Source: Lama guanicoe (taxonomy: Eukaryota). Taken from it: a stretch of 64,000 nucleotides of DNA. The stretch is taken from NCBI GenBank assembly GCA_013239625.1, contig MU053557.1:1805063-1869062 (forward strand). The letters are read 5' to 3'. Positions 27,040 through 39,650 of the stretch are shown here, piece by piece; the first letter of the stretch is position 1, and each line of letters opens with the position of its first letter. A model generated the notes under the pieces. The model searched no databases. It was not told where the DNA came from and saw only the letters and a program-made list of their open reading frames with translations. The translations under genes and the position numbers were made by a program.

Positions 27040-27230
27040 ATGTAGCTAAACAATGATTCCAACTCAGCCATTTACTGGCTGTGTGCCCTTGGATAAGTTA
27101 CTTACACAGATGAAGATCCAAGGCTCACAGTGGGTATCACTCATTACATCTCCACAAGGTTGCTTCAGGGATTAAGTGAGATAATGGATATGGAAGTGCT
27201 TAGTAAATACACTAAAATGTCCTCTGCAGA
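27040..27230 (+). mobile_element. MIR SINE
   Basis: ctcagccatttactggctgtgtgcccttggataagttactta...ggattaagtgagataatggatatggaagtgcttag. Confidence 0.75.
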
Positions 27231-28639
27231 TATGAAAAATGGTTATATGCGAAATAAATGAAGTGGCTGATCAGCATGACTAAACGTGTCGTTAGACTAA
27301 AGCAGCCTTAACTCAGGGCTCCGTCTGAACTGAGAATTATAAATCATCAGAAATGCTGGGTTTTTTGTTTAAAACGTTCCTGATGTTACAGGCTTGTCAT
27401 CTAGGACCTCTCATCACTGCACCCAATGTCTGGGAAATGCAAATTGACTATCGTTTTTAAGTAAAACAAGATGACAAATTAAAGCTCAGGCAGGTTCCTT
27501 TGCAATTATAACCTAACACTGCAATGGGTCCTTGTTAAAATGGTTTCACTAAATCCAACTGTTCAATTCCCTCTTGCAATATATGGTATTTGACTATTGC
27601 TATACAGTGAGGTCATGCATTTATTATAAAAATAAAATGCCAAAAATCGCAACCATTTTGGCCTTTTTATAAAAAAAGTTTTTCTTGAGTGTACAATATA
27701 GTGACAAGTAGGCTGCCCAGATCTATTTGAGAAAAACATTTTTGTTTGAATGTATGAACTGGTGAGGCAGAATAAATGTTAAGTGAATGGTGAAATGGAC
27801 TGTCTTAACTTTACATCTCTCATACTCCTGAGCAAAATATTTGTTAAAAGAACACTGGAAAAGAAGAGCAGGTGGTGGGTAGATGAGCAAGTGACATGGA
27901 GATATAATTCACAAAAGGTATGTAAATGATCAATGATATGAAAAAATTTCAACTGTTAGCTCCGTGAGAGCAAGGCTTTTGTTTTGTGACCTGTTTCATC
28001 CCTATAGCCTTCTTCCACAGAATCTGGAACATAGTAGATGTTCGATGTCTACCGACCAGATGAATGAACTCTCCTGGTATTCATGTAAGTGCCCAATTAA
28101 ACCATAACAAGATGTCATTATTCATCCAACAGATAACCAAATTTTGATTTTGTTTTTCATGATAAAATGCAATGCTGGCACAGCACAGAAAAAGATTTCA
28201 GGTATGATTCTATTTTGGAAATTATTTGTTGGGGAGATTGGAGGGTAGAAGAAAAAGAGAAGAGAGAGAAGATAAAGAAGGGAGAGATGGAGGATCTCCA
28301 GGTTCATCTATTCCAACTCCCTCATTTTATAAATGATGACATCACTCATTTAAGATGGGACCAATCCCTGCCCTTGAAAAGCTGTCAGATGGAGGAGACA
28401 GACACTGAACAAAGTTATTACGAGGAGAAGTGCAGAGTGCTATGGGGGAGGGTAATGGAGACCCAGCCTAGGGTGTAGACTCAGAGGGAGCTTCCCAGAA
28501 GTGACACTTCAGCTAAGACTTGAAAGCAGGTAGGACTTAAGTAGACGAAGGAGCCCAAAGGCTTTGGACTTATAAAAAGTCAGTGGTGGTACAACTTACC
28601 ACCTAAACCCCTACATCATATATATAAAACAAAATAAGA

Positions 28640-31600
28640 ATCCTATGTAAAGTCAAGTGAAGGCGGCAAACCAGCTAGGAAGCTTGAGACCCAAACAACA
28701 ACACGACAATGAGTTTCCTGAGGTTTTTTTTTTGGACTGAATCTCAGACTAAATGGTGGGGAAGCCAACAACCTGGAAATGCCAAAAGGTATGGATAAAA
28801 GAAGAAAAAAACTAATTAATAAAAGCCTGCCTTGCCTATGCAGAGGACCAGAAAAGGGGCAGTCTAGCAAGAAAGAAAACATTTACAAGATAATCACTAT
28901 GCTCCAGACAAATACCATGGAAAAACTATGGCTGCTACCCCACCCAATGCCAATAAAGGCCAAAAGAGGAGCCTAGACTTCTACTCTCACTGGGCTTTAA
29001 GAGGAATTCCCAATCCCCTTGCCAGGAAGGCATCAAAGAATGAGTAGGGAGCGGGGATTTCCATCCCCAGCAAGTGGTAATAAATCCCCTCTTCCAGGGG
29101 ACACTATGTGCGGAACCTGGACTTCCACCTACACCTGCAGGAAAGAGGTCCTCCTCTCCCTCCCTGGAGAGATGGTGTCAGGGGAGACCTAGTGAAGAGT
29201 CAGGACATTCACCCATTCCATAGTATGTAAGCGGAGCCCTGGTGGGGAGTAGCAATGAGGCATTCTTATTCTTCCTAGCCAGGGAGCTATTACTGGGGCC
29301 CAGGAGAAGCCAGACTTCCCCCTGGCACCAAGCTGTAACCCTGTAAAAGGGTCTTCTCTCCCTCAGATGTCAGTGGAGGCTGAGTGGGAAACTTTGACCC
29401 ACCATGTGGCAGTGATGAGGCAGCACCCACCCTTCCCTCCTGGAATGGTATCACAAGAAGGCAGCAAAAACAGACTGAGTAAGATCCAGAGTCTCCTAAC
29501 ATAATATGCCAAGTGCACCGTTCCAATAAAAAATCATTCATCATATCAAGAACCAGAAGGATCTCAAACTGAAAGCAAAAGACAACAGATGCCAACAAGA
29601 TGAAAGAGACGTTAGAGATCATTGACACTTCCTAGATTTGGCAAAAGATATAAATCTTCAGATTCAAGAAGCTGAACAAATCCCAAACAGGATAATCCCA
29701 AAGAAATCCACAGCAAAACACATCACGGCCCAACTTTAGAAACCTAGAAACAAAACAACTTGAAAGCAGTGAGAGTGAACTGATTTCTCATCAGAAGCTA
29801 TGGAGGCCACAGGAGATGGCACAAATATTTTTCAAGCACTGAAAGAAAAGAACTCTCAACTCAGAATCCTGTATAGGCTGTGAAAATGTGCTTCAGGAAT
29901 TAAGGGGAAATCAACATTTTCAGATGATGAAAAACTACGAAAATTAGTTTCCAGTAATTCTATCCTAAAAGAATGGCTAAAGTAAGTTTTCTAAACAGAA
30001 AAGCAATGATAAAACAAGAAATCTTGGAACATCAAGAAGGAAAAAGATACGTAACAAAATATGGGTAAACATAGCAAACTCTCCTATTCCTAATGAGTCC
30101 TTTAAATTTTGATAGTTAAGTAAAATTTAAAATACTTTCTGATGTGGTTTTAATGGCATGTAGAAGAAATATTTAAGGTAATTAATTATAAACATGGAAA
30201 GGTAAGAATGTAGAGGGAGATAAGGTTATAAGGTTCTACACTCACTGGTAAAATGATACCAGTAGACTGGATATATATATATATATATATACACGTATGT
30301 GTATATAGGATATATATCTATATATATGTAAAATATAGATACATATATTACTGCTGTGTAATACCTACAGCAATCAATTTAAAAAGATATACGAAGAGAT
30401 TCACTCAAAAACACTATATATGGATAAATCAAATGAGGATTTATATAATGTGTGGGAATAACCCAAAGGCAAAAAAAAAAAATACTTAAGCCCTAATAAA
30501 TCAATAATTACATATAAATGACCTAAATCGCCAATTAAAAGTCAGAAATGGGCAAAGCAAATTAAAAAACATGGCCCTACCATATGCTATTTTCAGGAAA
30601 CTCACTTAAAATGTAACAGTACAGGCAGATTAAAAATAAAAGGATTGAAAAAGATGTTATCATACAAACATTAATAAAAAGAAATACAGATACTCCTATT
30701 AAAGGTATTCTAGCTCAAGGAAACGTTAAGGCAAAGGAAATTATCAGGAATAGAGAGGGACATTATAAAATAGTAAGAGTTAATCCAAAAAGAAGACACA
30801 GCGATCCTAAATGTGTATGTACCAAACAGAGCTGCAAAAGATGTAAAGCAAAAATGTATGGAAATAAGAGGAGCAAGAGACAAATCCACAATTGTAGTTG
30901 GAGATCTCAGTACCCTTCTCTCAGCAATTGACAGCACAACTAGACAGAGCATCGGATACAGAACTCAACAACCCCATCAGCCAACAGGATCTAACCAACA
31001 TTTGTAGAACACTCCCCTAACAATAGTGGAATATCCGTTCTTTTCAAGTGCCCATCAAGCACCTACCAAGACAGTTTATGCATCCTGGGCCAGAGAACAA
31101 CCCTCAGCAGATTTAAAGAATTGAAATCAGAGAGGGTGTGTTCTCCAACCATGGTGGAGTCACACTAAAATTTATAGCAAAAAACAGCTGGAAAATCTGC
31201 ATTTCGAAGACTAAATGACACACTTCTAAGTAATCCATGGGTCAAAGAGAAAGTCTCATGGGATATTAAAAAAAAATACATTGAATGAAAATGAAAATAC
31301 ACCAAACATTTGTGGAACACAGTTAAACCAGTGCTGGGAGGGAAGTTCATAGCACTAACTGCATACATCAGAAAAGTGGGGACGTTTCCAAAGAATAATC
31401 TAAGTTACCACCTCAAGATCTAGAAAATGAAGAGAATAGTAAACCTACAGCAAGCAGGAGATAGGAACAATGAAGAGCAGAAGTCCGTTAAATACACTGG
31501 AGAATCGACAGAGAGAAATCAGTGAAACAAAGAGCTTGCTCTTTGAAAAAAATAAAACGGACAAACATCTTGTAAGGCTGACAAAGAAAACTGAGAAGAC

Positions 31601-31915
31601 ACAGACTCCCAGGATCAGGAATAAAACAGAGCGTATCATCAAGGGCCAGGCAGACATGAAAGAGGTAATAGGAAAATACCATGAACGACTCTACACACAT
31701 ACATGTGACAACTCAGATAACGTGCTCCAATTCCTCGAAAAACACTGACTACCACAACTCACCCAGCATGAACAGAACGTTTGAATAGCCCTACAACTAT
31801 GACAGAAATCACATGTATAATTAAACATCTCCCTGAAACAGAAATCTTCAGGCCTAGATGGTTTCACTGGAGAAGTCTACCAAACGTTTTAAAGAATTGA
31901 CACCATAGTCTCTTC
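28640..31915 (+). mobile_element. Decayed L1: 5' region, ORF1 3' part and ORF2 endonuclease domain, 3'-truncated
   Basis: ORF-track peptides YVPNRAAKDVKQK...DKSTIVVGDLSTLLSAIDSTTRQ (L1 EN) and ENRQREISETKSLLFEK...DKHLVRLTKK; ORF1-like gattcaagaagctgaacaaatcccaaacagg; ends after ggcctagatggtttcactggagaagtctaccaaac. Confidence 0.9.
30270..30350 (+). repeat. (TA)n-rich microsatellite inside L1
   Basis: atatatatatatatatatatacacgtatgtgtatataggatatatatctatatatatg. Confidence 0.9.
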
Positions 31916-31929
31916 CAGAGATCGCGCAG

Positions 31930-32100
31930 GGTTTGCTCTGTGCCAGGCAGTGCTCTATTCCAACTGTTTTCACATGTCTTAAACTCACTGAATCTTTTCA
32001 GCAAAACCAGAATAGGCCCTGTTATTATGTTACTCTATCCCATGTGAGAAAAACGGAGCCCAGAGAGCTTATGCACACAGTCAGGACAAAGCCTAGCTGG
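31930..32100 (-). mobile_element. MIR SINE
   Basis: tgtgccaggcagtgctc...catgtgagaaaaacggagcccagagag. Confidence 0.65.
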
Positions 32101-32189
32101 ATTCTAGTTTTAGCTTTTGGGCTATGTTTAAGACAAATCAGATGCTGGCTATATTTGAGTCAAATCAGATGCACAGATTTCTTGTATTT

Positions 32190-33619
32190 TCATCTTAATC
32201 TAACGCCAAATTTATTGTCAAATTTCACTTTTGGGAAGGGAAATTCTGATCTGACCAGGATGTGCTATTTCAACAAAGAAGCTGGGTCTAACACCCAAGC
32301 TGGCACTCTCAAAAGAAATATGCATGTTTTGTAAATAAAAATAAAGGTTATTCCTGCTGGCAAACGCCAAACAATTTCCATCTCCGTGACAGTTAAAATG
32401 TATCTGAAAGAATAAACCAGAAAAGACGTTTCTTGCTGGAAATGGTAAGAGCTTCACTATAGCAGAACCAGTCGCACCACTATAATTACAAGAATCAAAA
32501 CACTGCTTCATTAATTTTCCCCTGTGTTTGTTATTTCACCCCATCAAGACTAATTATACCTTTTCCCTTTGATTTTAACAAGCACCTGGGTTAAACACCA
32601 TTGACAGCCCGGTTAGAGAAAGCTGTAGTACAGAAGTGTAGTCTGAACTGCCTCTGCTTAGGGGAAGACGGTATGTCAAAATTATGTTGACAAATAAAAT
32701 TCTCCTGACTAGTGTTTTCTCTGAACAAAAGTGGAAACATAACTGCCCCCCCAAAAAAGTGGAAAATCATTTAAATTTTTAATATTCAATCAATGCTGTT
32801 CATACTTATGTATTTCCCTCTCAACAACTAAGACGCTCTATCAACTCAGTCCTTGAAATAACCTGTGATGCCCCTTGGCAAGGCTTGCCCCAGTTTACTA
32901 TTTGCCCAGTTTTGTATTACAAGACATTGGTAGGCAAAGGCCACACTGCTGGGAGTTAAGACCGACTCTGAGGGACACAGCAATCCTAGGAGCTCCAGGG
33001 ACTAGAGGTGGCCTCCATCAGGGTTTCTCCAGCTTTTCCAGACAGGGACCTGCCACCAGCAGAACATGACCCTGTAGTGTGTGGCAATGTACCGACTGCA
33101 AGCGCCTGTATCAGGCTAAAGCATATGTAACTGTTACCCTTTGCTGATTCCATTGTATGCAACCTAATGTAATCCTTGCTACATACAATGTGGCATTGTA
33201 AGCAGTGCCCCAAGCAAAACGTCTTTTATATCTCATTTTTTAAAAATTAAAAATCCATTCCAATCTCACATACTACCAAGTTATACATCTGCTTTAATAT
33301 AAAAATGTTTCTCCCACACACCTCTGAGAAAAACGTTCTGGGAGGAGCATTTTGCCCATCTATCTGTGGCTTCACACATCCCCCACAGACATGGCCACAT
33401 ACTCCCAGTACAAATACGCTGCTTTGAGAATTGCAGGTGCCAGCGCCCAGGAAAAGGTTTCAGAGGCAGATCAGGAGAAATCAATGCCTGGCGAGTGCTT
33501 TGCTGTTCCCCAATTCTTCTCTGCAAAATCCTTGCCTTTAATAAGGTCCCAAGATACTGTTGGCATTTCTTTTTCCAGGAAGAAATGGTTCTCATAGCAC
33601 TTGACGGAACAATTAACAC
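32190..33619 (-). other. Probable non-coding terminal (3'UTR) exon of the same gene, ~1.4 kb
   Basis: Acceptor ctgtaacttgcttccttag|GTGTT at 33621/33619. The stretch has no recognisable repeats and looks like a UTR. It ends at a minus-strand AATAAA (32216-32211) just before a MIR and an L1. The upstream exon has a donor after its stop codon, so a further exon is required. The 3' end position is estimated. Confidence 0.55.
32211..32216 (-). promoter_or_regulatory. Polyadenylation signal AATAAA of the putative terminal exon
   Basis: Plus-strand tttatt = AATAAA on minus, followed by tttggcgttagattaagatgaaaatacaag and then a moderately U/GU-rich tract (tctgtgcatctgatttg). Confidence 0.5.
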
Positions 33620-36600
33620 CTAAGGAAGCAAGTTACAGTGCTCGCTGTAACTTCACACACACAAAAAGACAACTTTCCGTACTGGAATAGTTCCAATTGT
33701 AATCAGATGCATAGTTTCATCCAATTAAAAACTGTAATTAAAAATTGTAGCCATCCAGTGCCGCACATTGACTCCAAGTCTTCCAAAGGCTTTAGATCCA
33801 GTCACCAAGATACCAAGAAAAAGTAGAAAAAAGTTCAATGTACCTTATATATGGATATATTAAAAAAAAATTTTAAGGCATGAATTAAGATTCTAAATCT
33901 GCAGATGCTCTACCCTCCAACTCTCAGAACTGTCATTTGTGAAAGAAATTATCAGACAATAGTTCCCTCATAGTCACCCTCACCTAATCAGTGACAGGTA
34001 TGATCTTGAAAGTTTCTCCCATTTCTTTCTTTCCTTGCCCAATATCCCGCTTCCATTTACAAAAACAATATTCTGGGGTAATTCATTCATTAAATTCTTT
34101 CTGGCTGCTTTCTGGAAACCTTCTGTCCTGAGGATCAGGGGAATTTTTTTTTTAATGGCTGTCAAGAATGACTTTGGTTTTGACCAGATTAATAACTACA
34201 TCCTTATACAAACACACGTAACAGAGGAGCTTCGGTCCAGAGAATAATTTCCCCTAAACCTCTAAAGCAACTAGCAACGCAGTCTTTTCAAAGTTTAAAC
34301 AATTGATGGACTTCTGAATTCAAGGAGACACCTGACCTCCAAAATAGAAAAACAAAGACATACAACTGAATAGTTAACATTTTCTCCTTTGTCATTGGAT
34401 CTAAAAGTTCATCCTGGCACCGACACAAAGAAGTAATGATTCCATCAGCAGCCTAACAGATGGCAGGCACGAAACGGCTCTAACCTTCTCCGAGAAGGCT
34501 GGAGAATGGCTCCGTGGAGTTTAATTTAACAGGATGGAGGATGCTGTTCTCTCTCTGCTGCCTCCCGCACAGCACGCCTGTCCACAGCTCTGAGAGCTAC
34601 TATCTTAAGGTCCGGCCATGCCGTCACTCAGTTTAACTCTTTCAGACAAGTAAGGGTTTCAAGTTATTGTGGAATCATTTTTCTGCATGGGTTCTGTTCC
34701 AACAAATGCAACTCCAACTTCTGATCCTAGCTAAACAGGCTGCACAAGGTGGAGTCCTTTAAGGCTCTCTTTTCTTCTCTTAGCATTTAATAGACACTGG
34801 AGTATCTTTTTCTTGGACAGTGAATTTTATTTCTGAAGGGCTAGAGGCGAAACATTAGAGAAAAAGAGGTCTCGTACTGCCAACTCCCTCTGCCAGCTAG
34901 CTTAAGGGTAACCACTTTTTGGAGAACAGATATTACTTGTGAAGTTGATGGGAATTGCTGCCCAAGGCGTCAGGATCACCTGCGGGATGTGATGTAACCC
35001 TGACGCCAGGGGCTGCAGCCTAGACTCTCTGGGGGTGGGGTCCAGATGTCAGTATGTTTTTAAAGCTCCCCATGGGGTTCCAACTGGCAGTTGGGGTACA
35101 CAAGAAATACAGCATTTTGAAATTTAAATATGGCATTTAATACTGCCGTCTATAAATTGTTTCTGTAACTCCATTTCTGTCCTGAGTCCTCACTGCACCG
35201 GATTTGGCATTAGGAGGAATGTATCTCTCTACATGCCTCAGTCTCTCCAAGGCTTTTGTTAAGGTTCTGGGGTTTGCAGGATTAGCCAGAACTAGTTAGC
35301 ACGCCTTGTCCAGACATCTAGGCAACAAGATGCTGGCAATGCTGTCCAGAATTCAGGCATGTTCTCAGACCAGGCTGTAATAGTCAGAAGAGCCTATAAG
35401 TAAAAGATATTTATGCCAGAATATCCTGCAGTCACGGTGCACTCCCTACGTGGCTCAGAGGAGGGCGTGGCCACAGGCTGGGCACCTCCCCCTTTCCTTA
35501 TGTAAGGCCAAGCCTGGAGAGAACCAGTTATCCTCCAAAAGGTGTGATGTGCCCCTCACTGAGACATGACACAACCATGCAACCTGCTAGTGAGGCTGTG
35601 AGGCCAGCAAGCTCTATACTTCGTGCTGATCTCTCCACTGAGCCCCCAATGTTATTTTCTGTGTGCTTTAAATAAGCAATCATAGTTTCACTCACCAAAG
35701 AGGTCAACGTGTCTGGTCTTGCCATCAGTTGGTGCCCACTATTGCTGTCAGTAAAATCAAGTCGCAAGCCTCTTGGAAACCCACTGGATCAAGTCAAAAG
35801 AGATGAATCCTGCCTTCCTCTTGCACACAACAGGTGCTCAACGAGTGCTGCGTGGACTAAGGACTCTACCCCTAAAGGTATCCAGGCATCAACGGGGCTT
35901 GGATGAGGCACTTTGGAAACAAGGCACAGAAATCTACTTGTAATGTAACATTCGAGCGAAAGGGAGACAAAAGGATAAAGCAAATGTCATGGAAACAAAT
36001 ACAGAAAGCGGAGCTGAGCCTCACAAGCAGGTCAGCAGGCAGTTGCTCTGTCCCCCCTCCCCCCGCGGGGCCACACACCATCATGGCATTGTGGTCTGCG
36101 CTTCATTCTTCCTGCTCTGCAGATCCTGGTCCTTCGCTTCATTAGCACACAGCCACCTCTGGTCACCCAACAGAGTGGCCTCTGCATATTTCTGGACGAA
36201 ATGTTAATGGCTCGCCTTGCGTAAGGTAGGGAGCTAATATCATCTGGTGGGTGTAACACCCTTATCTGGGGCTGCTGAAAAGGACTAGAAACGCTACTAC
36301 AAATGACAGACACTAGCTCTGGCGGGTGACGTGATCCCGTCAAAAGATTAAAATTCACACATAAATCTGAGTTGTGACACCTTTATTTCAGAAAGACTGC
36401 AGGACTGAATTGCACAGGTATACAAAGAATTCACAGCTGTCAATCATAATAAAACCGAATCAAAAACACTTTCTCCTGTACAGAAACTCGGCCTGAGAAA
36501 AATGTTCATTTGAATTTTAATCCACTTAACGTTTCACATCGTAGCAGGGTACGTTTAAAAACACTAACACTACTGGGGCGGGGGAGGTGAGGGCTTACAG

Positions 36601-37470
36601 ATGTAAGTAAATCATGTGTAGTGACATCTCACTTATCCTGAGGTCACAGATGTGGCAACTGCAGTAAGGAGAGGGGGTGTCAGGAAGTACAGCAGAGGAA
36701 GCAGCAGAGCCGCGGAAATACCGTCACCAAGTCAGTGCAGCATCGCTCATCCATCCCACTGCTGGGAAAGCCTCCCAGAGACTCGCTCAGCTCCCCTTTA
36801 CTGTTACTTGACCTACAGAATGCAATTACAGCATCTCCCAACCCCATGTAGCAAATGAGAGGAAAAAGGAAGGCAGACTAAGAGCAGAGAGAAACAACAG
36901 GGAACAGGGAGGGGAAAGAAAAAAGCTGTAAAAACCACAGCAGAACTCAAAGAGCCCCCTCCACTCAATGGCTCTGCTCTAACAAACCTGAATAGGACCT
37001 GAAAGCACTCACAACGTAAATGGTAAGGACCCTGAAAGAATTTCACTGTCTTCAGTAGATTCTGTTTGCCAAAGCAGGGGAGCGTATACTAGATTAGGAG
37101 TCCCGTGTAAATGGCTGAAACCAAGCAAAAAAGATGTGTGACTTGTAAGAACAGCCTTGAGTCGGCTTTACCATCCACCCACGACATCTGAGAAGTGGGG
37201 AGTTACCACACATACACTGCTTAGAAAACACACAGAACAATTTGTATCAAAAGAACACAGCACCTTTTCTATCCACATGACTGAAACCACAAAAGCCCGT
37301 TCACGGTAGGAGCACCTCAATCATGCAGGGATAGCTGAAGTCAGCTTCTCTGTGCGTGAGAACTTCGTATCGTATCCTGAGGGACCAGCTGTATTGATCA
37401 GTGGGCCCAAATGACCACAAGCCTTTCTTAAATAACAGGAGACACAGAGGCCTCAACCACCTCCCTTTAA

Positions 37471-37664
37471 TCAGTGTTTCTCGAGATCTGGTCGGTGGAA
37501 CTGCAAAGCCGAATCTCCCGATGAACTTGTGTTAGAATGCAGAGCCTTGAGTCGCAGCTGAAACCCCATGAATCAGCATCACTGAGGGAGGCCTGGGGGA
37601 CCTGCGGTTTAGCCCATCTCCCCGGGGGTTTCTGGTGGGCGGTCTGGAAAGTCTGGGAATCACT
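37471..37664. mobile_element. MER5-type hAT DNA transposon
   Basis: TIR-like ends cagtgtttctc ... gggaatcactg; internal ttagaatgcagagcc...tgaatcagcatcactg. Confidence 0.7.
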
Positions 37665-38152
37665 GTAATACATCCTCACCTTGAAGTGTAGGCTCAGTGA
37701 CCTAGCCAGGAGGAGACTGGCCAGGTCTGTGAATTAACCCTTCCCACCCTGGTTCCTAATGTGCCCAAAAAGGCTACCCTCCTGGTTTTGATATTTCTTA
37801 CACGAGACTGTACGTAATAAAATTAGATGTGGATTTCTAAACTGTTTTATCACCAGGAAAGGTTTCTGACATAATAAAAATAAACTCTAACAAGCCCTAA
37901 TTAATTTTAAAAGGAGCGTAAGATTTCTAAGCTATATACGTGAAGCTTGAAGTAATGGATGCCTGCAGGGGGCAAAAAAATACTGAGCGAGGAAGTCTGA
38001 TGCAAGTCCAGAGGACTGCCTGGGAACGGGGAGGAAAATACTAAACGCGGTCTTGGAGGAGAGGCAGAAAGAAACTTCCATCCAGAACAGGGAAATGCAA
38101 ATCTTTTAAAAATTGGCTGAGATGTTTAAGCTGGTCCTTAACGCTCTTGAAA

Positions 38153-38462
38153 CAGAGGCTGGAAGCTACTGGCAAACATATTTTGTTTGGCCGGCACAAT
38201 GTTTTAAACAATCCTGAATTCGTTGCCCATGCACAAAAATAGGGATATTTCTTTTTTAAAAAAAATCTCTTCTTTTCCTGGAAAATTGGAAATCGGAAGA
38301 ACTAGAAAAACCAACAGTTTGGAAAAACTGGGCTGGCGCTGGGCAGCAGCTGCCCACCTCTAGCCAGCATGGGCTCCTGGGCTCTCCCCGGGGCCGCCAG
38401 CCTACTTCACTCATCAGATCTCCTGCCAGACACCTGCAGATATTTGCATCGGCCGCCCAGCC
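38153..38462. mobile_element. MER102-like hAT-Charlie element
   Basis: ttttgtttggccggcacaatgttttaaac...gaattcgttgccc...aaaaatagggatatttc...ggcagcagctgccc. Confidence 0.65.
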
Positions 38463-38609
38463 TCAAGCAATTAAGGCAAACAGCCTCTCTGTACTTCACT
38501 TTCTCTAACAGAAATTCTTGCTACAAAGATATTTCCTTGCTTCCGAGGGGTTAAGAAAGGAATCAGATACTGTCCGCAAATCACCTAGAATTCCCTGTCA
38601 TCTTCTCAT

Positions 38610-38775
38610 CTTTAGCTGCCTGCTGAAATCTCCTAGGGAGCTTTAAAAAACACTGAAGCCTGGGTTCCACCCCCAGAGATTCTGACTTATTGGCCTGGGA
38701 TGTATCCTAGGTATGAGGATTGCATAAAGCTTCCAGGTGGTTCTAATGGAAAGCCAAGGTTGAGAACGCCTGCCT
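38610..38775. mobile_element. MER5A1-like hAT element
   Basis: cctagggagctttaaaaaacactgaagcctgggttccacccccagagattctgactt...ccaggtggttctaat...ccaaggttgagaacgcctg. Confidence 0.8.
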
Positions 38776-39419
38776 TCGGAAAAGGCAAATCATTGAGTAC
38801 GAAGGGTTAAATTCATTCCAGTGTCAACCTTCAAATGCAGATTTCTTGCCTCTCACCTCCTGGATAATTCACACCAACTTTTATTTTTGGAAATGCGCCA
38901 TTATTCCAAAAGCCTACCAAATGCCATTTACAAACTGGAAAAGGCGGTCACAGTGTGTTCTGGTTGCTACTATCCATTTTCCCTCTAACACAATGGAAGA
39001 ATGAAACACTAAGGAAATCGGGAAATATTCCTAAGACACAGAACTCAAGCAGCGCAAACAGCTCAAATACGATAGGAGGAGGCTCACAGTGGCAGGTTCG
39101 TATTTAAAAAATAGTAATAATAATAATACAATTGCTTTGAAAAATCCACCAATGCACTAAGTGGAAAATTTTTCAAATATTAAACAAAGAATGATTTCCC
39201 CAAGACGTTCCAGTAACGCTCTACTTTTTATCTTAAAAAGATGAATTCCAAATTATTGCCTCCCTTTAGGCTTTTTTTTTTCCCCTTTACATAGCGTGTA
39301 TTTACATCTTGGCTTCCCACCATGAGAAATGCAGACTACCGGCATCTGATTTTCAAACAGTAAAACACCACATTACGTTCCACTAGAAAAGGACATTTCC
39401 AAAATGGTTTCACGTAGTA

Positions 39420-39650
39420 GTAATGGCTGCTACTCACTGGACTTACGTGTACCAGGCAGCATGCTAGGCCCTCTTATTAGTACATGACCCCCAATCATTC
39501 CAACAACCTCACAAAGTTAATTCTATAACCCCATTTTATGAACTTAAAAAACAAGTTTCTGAAAGATTTAAAGTTACGTACATGCTCACTGAGCTGGTGG
39601 GCGGCCGCGCCCGGCTCCAAACCCGCGTCTGTCTGTTTGACTCCCAAAAG
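39420..39650 (-). mobile_element. MIR SINE
   Basis: ccaggcagcatgctagg...caacaacctc...ccccattttatg...ctccaaacccgcgtctgtctgtttgactcc. Confidence 0.7.

Noticed and set aside
33281..33619. 112-aa ORF, and a ~49-aa alternative frame (GVNCSVKCYENHFF...IDFS), at the start of the terminal exon
   Set aside because: The upstream exon already contains the stop, so this is most simply 3'UTR. Neither peptide is recognisable. The 112-aa frame would only be used if the 44533 exon were skipped.
33984..34127. 144-nt candidate exon (cctcag|...attag|gtgagg) with one open frame
   Set aside because: Poor pyrimidine tract; the open frame is phase 2-2, which does not fit the phase-0 junction; peptide unrecognised.
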